64,000 nt of DNA, from contig CAWIUK010000003.1 of the NCBI GenBank assembly GCA_963839295.1, positions 66,407-130,406 of the forward strand, given 5' to 3'. Source of the DNA: an uncultured Acidobacteriota bacterium. Lineage in GTDB: Bacteria; Acidobacteriota; Thermoanaerobaculia; UBA5066. The number at the start of each line of letters is the position of its first letter. The stretch's first letter is position 1. The notes under the pieces are model-generated. The model did no database searches, was not told the origin of the DNA, and was given only the letters and a program-made list of their open reading frames with translations. The position numbers and the translations under genes were made by a program. Positions 1 to 8,933 of the stretch are shown one piece after another.

Positions 1-9
1 TGGCTCGTC

Positions 10-765
10 GTGGCCGCGCCCTGCCAGGACGGCTTCGTCCAGTCGAGGGGCTATAGCCCGTCCATGGAATCCGCCATCCAGGGACTGGCCGTCCCGATCG
101 GGGCGCGCCTCATCGACGGGGGCGACCGGCAGCGGGTCAAGGACGAGTTCGACCGGGCCGTGGCGGCGAAGGCGGCGGCCGACAAGGTCGCGGCCGACAA
201 GAAGGCGGCCGAGGCTCGCAAGCAGGCGGCGATCAAGGCGCTGCTCGCCGAGAAGACGACGAAGGAAACGGTCTCCAATTCGGGCATCGCCGCCGCCCTC
301 GCCCCGACCGCGCCTTCGGTGGCGCAGCTCCACTCGTCCAAGGCGGGCCTCCTCGTGAGGACGCCCCCGCCGCTCGCGACGTCGCCCACGCCCACGCGCC
401 CGGCGTATCCGCCCTTCGGCGCCACCTACGCGCCGGGACTGCTCGCCCAGATCCGGGTGAACCAGCCCGCGACGGTGAGCGTGACCGTGAAGAACGGGAG
501 CTCGCAGACATGGCCGGCCAACGGAGCGTTTCGCCTCTCGTATCACTGGTACCAGGGCGGCGTCCTCACCGTCTTCGACGGCATGCGCACGATCCTCACG
601 GCGCCCGTGCCGCCCGGCGGCCAGGTGACCCTCGCCGCGAACGTGCGCGGACCGGCCTGGCCGGGCTCCTACACGATCAAATGGGACATGGTGCAGGAGA
701 GCGTCGCCTGGTTCTCGAATCGAGGCGTCCCCACGGCGGACCGGCCCGTCAACGCCGTTCCCTGA
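10..765 (+). CDS. hypothetical surface/secreted protein; 5' end probably lies upstream of the window
   Basis: Frame is open from nt 1 (no stop before the GTG at 10). Ala/Lys-rich segment (AAKAAADKVAADKKAAEARKQAAIKA), Pro-rich linker, then a beta-rich C-terminal module (TVSVTVKNGSSQTW...SYTIKWDMV). GC3-biased codon usage. Confidence 0.5.
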   Translation: MAAPCQDGFVQSRGYSPSMESAIQGLAVPIGARLIDGGDRQRVKDEFDRAVAAKAAADKVAADKKAAEARKQAAIKALLAEKTTKETVSNSGIAAALAPTAPSVAQLHSSKAGLLVRTPPPLATSPTPTRPAYPPFGATYAPGLLAQIRVNQPATVSVTVKNGSSQTWPANGAFRLSYHWYQGGVLTVFDGMRTILTAPVPPGGQVTLAANVRGPAWPGSYTIKWDMVQESVAWFSNRGVPTADRPVNAVP

Positions 766-898
766 GCCTCGGGACGCGGCCCCGGACCGGGTCCGAGGAG
801 CGACCGCGGAGCTTCCCGGACGGCTGGCGGTATGAAGCCCCTGTATCAGAGCCGGACGCCCCCCCCGGAAGCAGGATTGCAACCTGGAGGGCTCCGCC

Positions 899-2695
899 TT
901 GGCTCCTCGAACGATTCCCGAGCTGCTCCTGCATCGCGTCGCGGCGACTCCCGACGCGCCCGCGTTCCTCCATCCCGAAGGCCGGGGCTGGACGACGCTC
1001 ACGTGGCGCGACGTCCTCTCGCGCGTCCGCGAACTCGCGTGCGGTCTCCTCGCCTCCGGGCTGAAGCCCGGCCAATGCGTCGCGATCGCGTCGTCGACGC
1101 GCGTCGAGTGGGCGCTCGCAGACCTCGCGATCGGCTGCGCGGGCGGTGCGACGGCCACGATCTACCCCTCGTCGACCGACGAGGACACGGAGTTCATCCT
1201 CCGCGACTCGGGCGCGCCGGTCGTGTTCGTCGAGAACGCGGCGCTCGCGAAGAAGGTCCTGAAGCGCCGGATCGCGCTTCCGGACCTCCGCCACGTCGTC
1301 GTCGTCGACGCGCCGGACTCGCTCCCCGAAGGCGCGACGTCGCTCACGGCGTTCGAGGCGCTCGGGCGGACCTGGGGCGCGGCGCACCCGGGAGGCTTCG
1401 AGGCCGCGGCGGCTGCCGTGAAGGCGGAAGACCTCGCGGCCGTGATCTACACGTCCGGGACGACGGGCCGGCCGAAGGGCGTCGAGCTCCCGAACTCCTG
1501 CTGGATGTTCCAGGCCTCGTCCGTCGAGACGACGCAGACGATCGGGTTCTCCGACCTGCAATTCCTGTGGCTGCCCCTCGCGCACGTCTTCGGGAAGATG
1601 TGCCTGACGCTGGGCGTCCAGATGGGTTTTCCGACGGCCATCGACGGGCGGCTGGACCGCATCGGCGACAACATGGCCGCCGTCTCCCCGACGTTCGTGT
1701 GCGCGGTGCCGCGCATCTTCCAGCAGGCGCGCGCGAAGATCATCCGCAAGGCTCTCGCCGAGGGCGGCGCGAAGGCCGCGATCTTCAAGTGGGCGGTGGA
1801 CGTCGGCCTCGCGGTCGTTCGCCGGCGGCAGGCCGGGCGGCCCGTGGGCCTCCTCCTCGAGGCGAAGTACCGCGTGGCGGACCGCCTCGTCTTCTCGAAG
1901 ATCCGCGCGCGCTTCGGGACGCGGCTGAAGTTCTTCTTCTGCGGGAGCGTCGCGCTGCCGCGCGGTCTCTCGGACTTCTTCTCCGCGTGCGGGATCGTGA
2001 TCTGCGAGGGCTACGGGCTCACGGAGTCCGCGGCGATGACGTTCTTCAACCGGCCGTGGGCGAACCGCGTCGGGACCGTGGGGACGATCCTGCCCGGGAT
2101 GGACGTGAAGACGGCGGGCGACGGAGAGGTGCTCCTGCGCGGGCCGGGCCTCCTGCGCGGCTACCGCGGGCTGCCGGAGGATACGGCCGCCGCGATCGAC
2201 GCGGAGGGCTGGTTCCACACGGGCGACGTCGGGATGCTGGACGAGGACGGATACCTCGCGATCACCGACCGCAAGAAGGATCTCGTGAAGACGTCGAGCG
2301 GCAAGTACGTCGCGCCGGCGCGCGTCGAGGGGCGGCTCATGCTGGAGACGCCGCTCATCGGGAACGCGATCTTCCACGGCGAGGGGCGCAACTACGGGAC
2401 CGCGCTCCTCGCGCTGTCGGAGGAGGAGATCCGTGTGTGGGCGCAGGCGAACGACCTCGAGGACGTTCCGTACGGCGAGCTCGTCCGGAACGAGCGCCTC
2501 CTCGCGCTCCTGCGCCGCCACGTCGAGAAGGTGAACGAGGGTCTTGCGCCTCACGAGGCCGTGCGGAAGTTCGCGGTGCTTCCGGCCGAGCTCGACGTCC
2601 GGACCGGCGAGCTGACGCCGAGCATGAAGGTCCGGCGCCGCGTCGTCGAGGAGCGCTACAAGCCGCTTCTCGACGCGCTCTACGCGGAACGGTGA
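899..2695 (+). CDS. long-chain acyl-CoA synthetase (AMP-forming, FadD/ACSL-like)
   Basis: 598 aa. AMP-binding signatures YTSGTTGRPKGV, GYGLTES and TGDVGMLDEDGYLAITDRKKDLVKTSSGKYV. TTG start 8 nt downstream of GGAGGG. Confidence 0.9.
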   Translation: MAPRTIPELLLHRVAATPDAPAFLHPEGRGWTTLTWRDVLSRVRELACGLLASGLKPGQCVAIASSTRVEWALADLAIGCAGGATATIYPSSTDEDTEFILRDSGAPVVFVENAALAKKVLKRRIALPDLRHVVVVDAPDSLPEGATSLTAFEALGRTWGAAHPGGFEAAAAAVKAEDLAAVIYTSGTTGRPKGVELPNSCWMFQASSVETTQTIGFSDLQFLWLPLAHVFGKMCLTLGVQMGFPTAIDGRLDRIGDNMAAVSPTFVCAVPRIFQQARAKIIRKALAEGGAKAAIFKWAVDVGLAVVRRRQAGRPVGLLLEAKYRVADRLVFSKIRARFGTRLKFFFCGSVALPRGLSDFFSACGIVICEGYGLTESAAMTFFNRPWANRVGTVGTILPGMDVKTAGDGEVLLRGPGLLRGYRGLPEDTAAAIDAEGWFHTGDVGMLDEDGYLAITDRKKDLVKTSSGKYVAPARVEGRLMLETPLIGNAIFHGEGRNYGTALLALSEEEIRVWAQANDLEDVPYGELVRNERLLALLRRHVEKVNEGLAPHEAVRKFAVLPAELDVRTGELTPSMKVRRRVVEERYKPLLDALYAER

Positions 2696-2731
2696 GAGGC
2701 TTCTGACAAGATCCCCCGCACCGGAGGACTG

Positions 2732-4789
2732 ATGGACGCTTCCGAATCGAAGTCGCTGCCCGAGAACGCCTACGCGCCGCTCGCGCCGGGCGAGACGTAC
2801 GCCCCGGTCGTGCCGGCCGCGCAGGCTCCGCCGGAGACCACATGGCGTTCGGTCCTCTGGGGGCTCTTCTTCTGCGTCGTCTTCACGGTCGCCTCGGCGT
2901 ACTCGGGCCTCAAGGTCGGGCAGGTCATGGAAGCCGCGATCCCGATCTCGATCCTCGCGATCGGCCTCGCGCGCGTCTACACGCGCCGCTCGCACCTCCT
3001 CGAGAACGTGATCATCACGACGATCGGCGGCGTCGCCGGCGGCATCGTGGCGGGCGCGATCTTCACGCTCCCCGCGCTCTACACGCTCAACCTCCACCCG
3101 CACCCGGCGCAGACGATCTTCATCTGCCTCGCGGGCGGCTGCCTCGGGATCCTCTTCATCATCCCGCTCCGGCGCTATTTCGTCCGCGAGATGCACGGGC
3201 AGTTCCCGTTCCCGGAGGCGACCGCGATCACCGAGGTCCTCGTCACCGGCGAGAAGGGCGGCGCGCAGGCCAAGCTCCTGATCCAGGCGACGATCATCTC
3301 GGGCATCTACGACTTCTTCGTGACGACGTTCCAGGTCTGGAAGGAGTACGTCGACTTCCAGTTCCTCCCGGTCATGAAGGACGCCGCCGAGAAGGCGAAG
3401 GTGGTCGTCAAGTTCGACGCGATCGCGTTCATCCTCGGGCTCGGCTACGTCATGGGCCTGCGCGCCTCGATGATCCTGATCGCGGGAGGATTTCTCGCGA
3501 ACTTCGTCCTCGTGCCGCTGATCTGGATGGTCGGGCGCCACCTGCCCGACGCCGTCTACCCGGCCCTGAAGCCGATCGCCCAGATGTCGGCCGAGCAGAT
3601 CTACCGCGGCTACGTCCGGTACGTGGGCGTCGGCGCGATCGCCACGGCCGGGATCTTCGGGATCCTGAAGTCGCTCCGGATCGTCGCGGGGGCCTTCGGA
3701 ATCGCGGCGAAAACCTTCCGGAGCGGGGTCGGGGTCTCGACCGAACGGACGGACCGCGACGTTTCGCTCATGGCGATCCTCCTCGGAACCGTCCTTTCGG
3801 CTCTCGCCGTCGGCGCGTTCTTCGGCACTCTCGGCTCGACGCTCGCCGCGGCGGCGATTGCACTGGCTCTCGCGCTCGGCTTTTCGTTCTTCTTCGCCTC
3901 GGTCGCCGCGAACGCGATCGCGACGATCGCGCGCAATCCCGTTTCCGGGATGACGATGCTCACGATCATCATCTCGTCCGTCATCCTCCTGCGCTTCGGC
4001 GTCTCGGGGACGACGGGGATGTTCTTCGTCATGGCGCTCGCCGGGATGGTCTGCACGGCGCTCTCCGTGTCCGGCCAGATGATCACGGATCTCAAGACGG
4101 GCTACTGGTTGGGTTCGACGCCCGCCGCGCAGGAGAGGCTGAAGTTCTGGGGCGTCCTCGCGTCGTCGATCGCGGTCGGTGTCACGATCTTCTTCCTCGC
4201 GAAGGTCTACCAGTTCGGAGAGATCGCGCCGGGCGACGCGCGGGAGGTCCTCGCAGCGCCGCAGGCCTCGATCATGAAGGTGCTCGTCGAAACGTTCATG
4301 AACCGCCAGCCGATCGCGTGGTTCCTGTTCGGGACGGGCGCCGCGATCGCCGTCATCATGGAGATGCTCCGCGTGCCCGCGCTCATCTTCGCGCTCGGCA
4401 TGTACCTGCCCCTCGAGCTCAACACGCCCGCGCTCGTCGGCGGGATGCTCTCGTACCTGGTGACGAAGAAGTCCGAGAAGGCCGGGGGCGCCACCGGGCG
4501 CACGATGCGGGAACGCGCCGTGATCATCGCGTCGGGCCTCATGGCGGGCGGCGCGCTCGGAGGCGTCTTCGGGGCCGCGCTGAGGCTTCTCCCGGCGCCC
4601 GGCGACGTCATCGCGACGGCAGGCTGGCGCGGGGCCCTGCTTCGCGCCCTTCCGCGTTACGCCGATTACCGGATCAAGACGCCCTTCTACGACAACGAGA
4701 CGATCTCCCAGGGTGTCTCGATTCTCTTCTTCGTCGGGCTCTGCCTCTACCTCTGGATCGACTCGACCCGAAAGGTCCGGGAGAACTGA
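2732..4789 (+). CDS. OPT-family oligopeptide transporter
   Basis: 685-aa polytopic membrane protein. Length, N-terminal cytoplasmic tail and conserved stretches (SAYSGLKVGQVMEAAIPISILA, DLKTGYWLGSTP) are typical of the OPT superfamily. Confidence 0.85.
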   Translation: MDASESKSLPENAYAPLAPGETYAPVVPAAQAPPETTWRSVLWGLFFCVVFTVASAYSGLKVGQVMEAAIPISILAIGLARVYTRRSHLLENVIITTIGGVAGGIVAGAIFTLPALYTLNLHPHPAQTIFICLAGGCLGILFIIPLRRYFVREMHGQFPFPEATAITEVLVTGEKGGAQAKLLIQATIISGIYDFFVTTFQVWKEYVDFQFLPVMKDAAEKAKVVVKFDAIAFILGLGYVMGLRASMILIAGGFLANFVLVPLIWMVGRHLPDAVYPALKPIAQMSAEQIYRGYVRYVGVGAIATAGIFGILKSLRIVAGAFGIAAKTFRSGVGVSTERTDRDVSLMAILLGTVLSALAVGAFFGTLGSTLAAAAIALALALGFSFFFASVAANAIATIARNPVSGMTMLTIIISSVILLRFGVSGTTGMFFVMALAGMVCTALSVSGQMITDLKTGYWLGSTPAAQERLKFWGVLASSIAVGVTIFFLAKVYQFGEIAPGDAREVLAAPQASIMKVLVETFMNRQPIAWFLFGTGAAIAVIMEMLRVPALIFALGMYLPLELNTPALVGGMLSYLVTKKSEKAGGATGRTMRERAVIIASGLMAGGALGGVFGAALRLLPAPGDVIATAGWRGALLRALPRYADYRIKTPFYDNETISQGVSILFFVGLCLYLWIDSTRKVREN

Positions 4790-4791
4790 AC

Positions 4792-6147
4792 ATGCCGCTC
4801 ACGGGACTCGACGCCGCGACCGCCGAAGCGCTCATCGGGATCGACACGCTCTGGGGCGGCGACGTCATGAACCCGTCCGGGACGGGCCGCTTCATCGCCG
4901 ACTGCTGGTTCTCGGACGAGCCGCTGCCCGCCGCGTACACGCACCCGTCGGCCGCGGCGCTGCGTGAAAACGGCGGCGTGGGCGCGAAGGCTCCTGACCG
5001 GCCCTCGATCGAGGCGTACGTCGCGGCCGTCGACGTGAAAGGCGCGATCGCGCGCGTGATCGACGGCGGGCGCAAGGCGGGCGGCCTGCGCGGCGCCTAC
5101 CTCGAAGGTCTGGGGCTGTGCAGCGAGGTCATGTGGGACCTCGGGATGGAGATCCTCGGCCGGGGGCCGGAGGTGCCGTACGACCGCTGCGTGAAGACGA
5201 TCACCGGAGCGCCGCCGGAGCCTTCGAGGCCCGAGGAGAAGCGGCGGCGCGTCGCGGACCTCCTCAAGGCGCGCGGGCACGCGTCGAGCGGGCCGGACGC
5301 GCTTCTCGCCGCAGTCGACGCGTGGCGGCACGAGCGCCTCGTGCCGGGCAAGTCGATCCCGGCGCTCGGGGACGCCTTCATCGCGCACTACGACGCGCTG
5401 ACGGCGAAGAACCTTCTCCCCTTCCTCCCGAAGGAGTTCGCCCGCGTCCCGCGGGCGAACGTGAAGTTCCTCGCGATCGAGAATGCGTGGTTCTCCGGGT
5501 CCATGAACTACCTCGGCCACGCGCGGAGGGCCGACGGGTCGCCCGAGTACGAGGCGACGTACGAGCTGAACGCCTCGCTCCAGATCTCCGTGCCCGAGTT
5601 CCAGCAGCTCGTGAGCCACGAGGTCGTCCCCGGCCACGTGACCACGTTCGCGTACCTGCAGGACCTGTTCGTGCGCGGCCTCGCCGGCTTCGAGGCGTCG
5701 GTCCTCACGATGAACACGCGAGCGGCCGTCCTCTTCGAGGGGATCGCGAACAACGGCATCCTCGTCGCACACGGGGTCACGGAGGTCCAGGACCTTCCCG
5801 ACCCGGACCTCCAGGTCGGCGTCCTGCTCGCGCTCCTGCAGGACGACGCGAAGAACCACTCCTCGTACCTGACGTGGAAAGAGAAGCTCGGGCAGGCCGA
5901 GGTCGCGAAGGTCCTCCGGAACGACTTCCTCGTCTCGGCGGAGCGCGCCGACAAGCTCTCGGGCGCCTGGGGGCGCCACCCGCTCCTCGGCCGGATGTAC
6001 CTCCCCGCTTACCGCGCGGGCACCGAGCTCGTCGCGAAGCTGCGGCGCACGAATCCGAAGGAGAAAATCCTGCCCGCGATGTACGGCGCGAAGGGCCTCG
6101 TCGACGCGTCGACGCTCCCCAAGATGCTGGAGGGGAACGCGGCGTAG
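4792..6147 (+). CDS. putative metallopeptidase-like protein (HExxxGH motif, DUF885-like)
   Basis: 451 aa starting at ATG 4792, 2 nt after the OPT stop. The upstream part of the 1101-aa track ORF is an out-of-frame overlap of the OPT gene. Motif SHEVVPGHVTTF resembles the HExxPGH motif of DUF885-type proteins. Confidence 0.6.
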   Translation: MPLTGLDAATAEALIGIDTLWGGDVMNPSGTGRFIADCWFSDEPLPAAYTHPSAAALRENGGVGAKAPDRPSIEAYVAAVDVKGAIARVIDGGRKAGGLRGAYLEGLGLCSEVMWDLGMEILGRGPEVPYDRCVKTITGAPPEPSRPEEKRRRVADLLKARGHASSGPDALLAAVDAWRHERLVPGKSIPALGDAFIAHYDALTAKNLLPFLPKEFARVPRANVKFLAIENAWFSGSMNYLGHARRADGSPEYEATYELNASLQISVPEFQQLVSHEVVPGHVTTFAYLQDLFVRGLAGFEASVLTMNTRAAVLFEGIANNGILVAHGVTEVQDLPDPDLQVGVLLALLQDDAKNHSSYLTWKEKLGQAEVAKVLRNDFLVSAERADKLSGAWGRHPLLGRMYLPAYRAGTELVAKLRRTNPKEKILPAMYGAKGLVDASTLPKMLEGNAA

Positions 6148-6165
6148 AGCCGGAAGACGGCCCGC

Positions 6166-6606
6166 TCAGTGACGCGCAGGCCGCGGCGACGCCTCGCGCC
6201 GCGCGACCTGCTGGAGGAGCTCGCCGGCCCGCGCGCCTTCCTCGGTGAGCGGGATGTCCGAGAGGCTGATCACGCCGACGACGTGCCGGCTGTCGTCCAC
6301 GACGACGATGCGCGACTTGCGCTCGGCGGCCATCCGCTCCTCGGCGAACCAGAGCTCGTCCTCCTCGCGGCACGTGATGAGCCGCTTCGTCATCACGTCC
6401 TTCGCGTCGGTCGAGAGCGGGCGGTTCTCGGCCATGCCGCGGATGACCAGGTCCCGGTCCGTGACGATGCCGATGAGCTGCTGCTTGCCGTCCACGACCG
6501 GGAGCATCCCGATCTTCCACTCGCGCATGAGGTCCGCGCAGTGCTTGAGAGAGTCCTTCTCCCTGCAGGTCACGACCGTCTTCTTCATGACGTTTCGAAC
6601 GTACAT
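6166..6606 (-). CDS. CBS-pair domain protein
   Basis: 146 aa from MYVRNVM. Two CBS repeats (MLPVVDGKQQLIGIVTDRDL; RIVVVDDSRHVVGVISLSDI). GGGGAGG RBS upstream. The longer track ORF N-terminus is Arg/Pro-rich non-coding-like sequence. Confidence 0.85.
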   Translation of the reverse strand: MYVRNVMKKTVVTCREKDSLKHCADLMREWKIGMLPVVDGKQQLIGIVTDRDLVIRGMAENRPLSTDAKDVMTKRLITCREEDELWFAEERMAAERKSRIVVVDDSRHVVGVISLSDIPLTEEGARAGELLQQVARREASPRPARH

Positions 6607-6918
6607 GGGCGCCTCCCCACGAGGAAACACCCCACACGGGCCCCGCGACCCGCACACGGAGCGCCTCGTACTAGCAACGTGGGGGCCCGCGAGAGCCGGC
6701 GACGATGAATCACGTGCATCAGTCCCGAGAGCGCGATCCGGTACGGCTGATGCAGGGAATTCGACCGGCGGCCCGCCCGGCGCGTGACGCCGGTCACGGC
6801 GAGAGGTCCCCGGCGCGGCGAGACCACGCCCTGACGCCCCCGGGCCATGCGCGGACGTTGTTCCTCTCCGCGACGGCACATACCTTTAGAGCGTCGACGC
6901 GGCCGAGAGCCGCGCGCC

Positions 6919-7659
6919 ATGGAGGATGACGTGACGAAGCTCGAAAGGACGTTCCTCGCCGCGGCGCTCGCCGCCTTTCTTGCCCCGGCCCTCGCGCTCG
7001 CGGCCGAAAAGCCCGCAGCCGCCACCAGCCAGTCGGCCATGCGGATCGTGGGGCCCGACCTTTCGTTCTACGAGGTCCAGGTCAACTACCCCGACCTGAA
7101 GCACTCGTTCCGCCTCGTGCCCCCAGGCGGCCCGTCCACGACCTCCGTCCTGCGGCTCATCGAGGACCCGAACGTCCCGGAGGGCACCTCGCTCGGGCCG
7201 GACGAGCCGAGCGGCGCGCCCGGACCGATCGCGACACGCTCGTGCGAGGCCCGCCTGAGGGCCAACCTCCGCGTCTGGGTCAAGAACGTGGGGACTTCGA
7301 CCTTCAACGCGACGACGACGGCCCTCGGCCTGACGGGCAACGTGGATTCGACGGCGGTCTCGAGCGCGTTCGGGATCGTCAACGCCGGCGCGACGAGTTA
7401 CTTCGAGGCGGGGGCGCTTGCGTTCCTCCCGGGCTGGCACTCCGCGCACCTCGTCCTCAACTCCGCGAAAGGAGAGGGCGAGAAGAATTTCTCGCACAAC
7501 GTCTTCGACGGACGTTTCGAGATCACGTGCCAGAGGGGAAAGCCGACGCCGCCGTGCCCGAAGGGAGAGGTCCGCGACCCGCTGACGGGCCGGTGCAGGC
7601 CTGCACCCGGCACGGTTCAGCCGCCGGCTTCGCAGACGGGCGCTGCGAACCCGAAGTAA
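6919..7659 (+). CDS. secreted hypothetical protein (beta-rich)
   Basis: 246 aa from MEDDVTKLERTF. Signal-peptide-like AAALAAFLAPALALAAEK. No recognisable catalytic motif. Confidence 0.55.
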   Translation: MEDDVTKLERTFLAAALAAFLAPALALAAEKPAAATSQSAMRIVGPDLSFYEVQVNYPDLKHSFRLVPPGGPSTTSVLRLIEDPNVPEGTSLGPDEPSGAPGPIATRSCEARLRANLRVWVKNVGTSTFNATTTALGLTGNVDSTAVSSAFGIVNAGATSYFEAGALAFLPGWHSAHLVLNSAKGEGEKNFSHNVFDGRFEITCQRGKPTPPCPKGEVRDPLTGRCRPAPGTVQPPASQTGAANPK

Positions 7660-7756
7660 GGCGCGACGCCTCCGTCGGCCGGAGGGCCCGTCCCTGATGC
7701 AGGGGCACGGGTTCCCTCCGGCCCGGGCGCCGGGGAGAATGGCCCCGGAGACGAGC

Positions 7757-8062
7757 ATGGCGATCATCCCCGTGGCCCGGGTGAAGGTCGAGCGCTCGGG
7801 CCGAGTCCTCCTCGACGGAAGCCCGGTGACGCTCGCGGCCCTGAAGAAGGCGCTCCCCGGCCTGAAGAAGAAGAGAGCCCGCATCCGCTACTACCGCGAG
7901 GGATCCCGCACCGAGGCCTCGAAGCTGGCCCTGGCGGTCTTCGAGGTCGTGATGGACAGCGCCCTGCCCGTCGAGCTCTGCGACGACGAGGCCCAGTTCC
8001 GCGGCGACAGCCTCGGCCCGCCGAAGGAGGAGAAGCCCGACGACGACTCCTGGTGGGGCTGA
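7757..8062 (+). CDS. hypothetical protein (weakly ExbD/TolR-periplasmic-domain-like)
   Basis: 101 aa from MAIIPVARVKV with GGAGA 7 nt upstream. Coding-like GC3. No firm family assignment. Confidence 0.4.
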   Translation: MAIIPVARVKVERSGRVLLDGSPVTLAALKKALPGLKKKRARIRYYREGSRTEASKLALAVFEVVMDSALPVELCDDEAQFRGDSLGPPKEEKPDDDSWWG

Positions 8063-8068
8063 GCGGCG

Positions 8069-8818
8069 TCAGGGAGAGGGCGGCGGCGGGGCGGCTGGAG
8101 GCGTGCCGGAGGGCTCATGTTCCGGATCCCAGACGCGCTTGAACGTGAAGCTCCCGCTCTTTCCCGAGACCTTGGTCGTCACCATCAGGAGCCGCGGGTT
8201 CGCGAGCAGCTCCCACGTCTCGACGACCTCGCGCCCGTTCGGGTATTCGGTGTCCACGACGATCTTTCCGCCCTTGCGCTTCGCGTGGATCGTCGTCGTG
8301 CCGGTCGTCTGCTCGTCCTCGACCTTCCGGCCGTCCGTGTAGAGCGTCCTCTTCGAGCCGTCGCCCATCTCGACGACGAGCCTCGGGTCCTTCTCGAGGC
8401 CGTCCGTCACGACGAGGCGATGCACGTCCCAGAGCATCTCGTTCGGCGTGCCCGACCCCTCGCTCGAGCCCCCTCCGCCACCGCTGCTTCCGCCCGCGTC
8501 GCTGCTGCTGCCGCCGCCGCGCCCGCCGCCGTGGCCGCCGCGCCCGCCGCCTCCGAAGCCTCCGCGGACGCCGCCCCCGCCGAAACCACCCCGCCCGCCC
8601 CCGCTCCCTCCGTTGCCGCGGCGGTTTTCCGTTGCCTCTTGCATCTTCTCGCCCGGGTCGTCGCTCAGGGCGAGGTCGAGGGTCCAGGCTCCCGAGAGGC
8701 CGACGGGCGCCGGACGGACGAGGGTCTCGCCGGCGGCCCGCGCGCGTCCGCTCCGGGAGACGGAGACGAGAACGGCCACGGCGGCAAGCACCGCGAAACG
8801 TGCGAGTCGGCGGTTCAT
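8069..8818 (-). CDS. secreted Gly/Arg-rich protein
   Basis: 249 aa from MNRRLARFAVLAAVAVLVSV (signal peptide). A ~58-aa RGG/GGG low-complexity tract is followed by a globular beta-rich C-terminal domain and a Pro-rich tail. Confidence 0.6.
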   Translation of the reverse strand: MNRRLARFAVLAAVAVLVSVSRSGRARAAGETLVRPAPVGLSGAWTLDLALSDDPGEKMQEATENRRGNGGSGGGRGGFGGGGVRGGFGGGGRGGHGGGRGGGSSSDAGGSSGGGGGSSEGSGTPNEMLWDVHRLVVTDGLEKDPRLVVEMGDGSKRTLYTDGRKVEDEQTTGTTTIHAKRKGGKIVVDTEYPNGREVVETWELLANPRLLMVTTKVSGKSGSFTFKRVWDPEHEPSGTPPAAPPPPSP

Positions 8819-8933
8819 TCGGGCTCCTCCAGCGGCCACCGGGCCGGGCCGCGCCCGGGCGATGCAAGAAGTCCGCCCGTCGGGGAATGCCGGCATGGGG
8901 TCCGGCGACTCGCGCCGCGCGGCCGGCTTCGCT

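Noticed and set aside
749-3541. Very long antisense or out-of-frame ORFs here and elsewhere (for example 39004..42372, 39129..42197, 20552..22705, 56485..59496, 28374..30392, 22668..24110)
   Set aside because: Their composition is dominated by R/D/E/P/G/A, as is typical of shadow frames at 70% GC. Each overlaps a gene with clear family signatures in another frame.
2842-6147. A 1101-aa ORF spanning the OPT gene and the downstream gene
   Set aside because: Only the last 451 codons (from ATG 4792) are coding-like. The upstream part is the +1 frame of the OPT transporter.
6607-6918. A 312-bp divergent intergenic region with a GC-only 8-bp stem (CGGGCCCC/GGGGCCCG), considered as a riboswitch or sRNA
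   Set aside because: It matches no known riboswitch core that I can recognise. GC-rich stems arise by chance at this composition.
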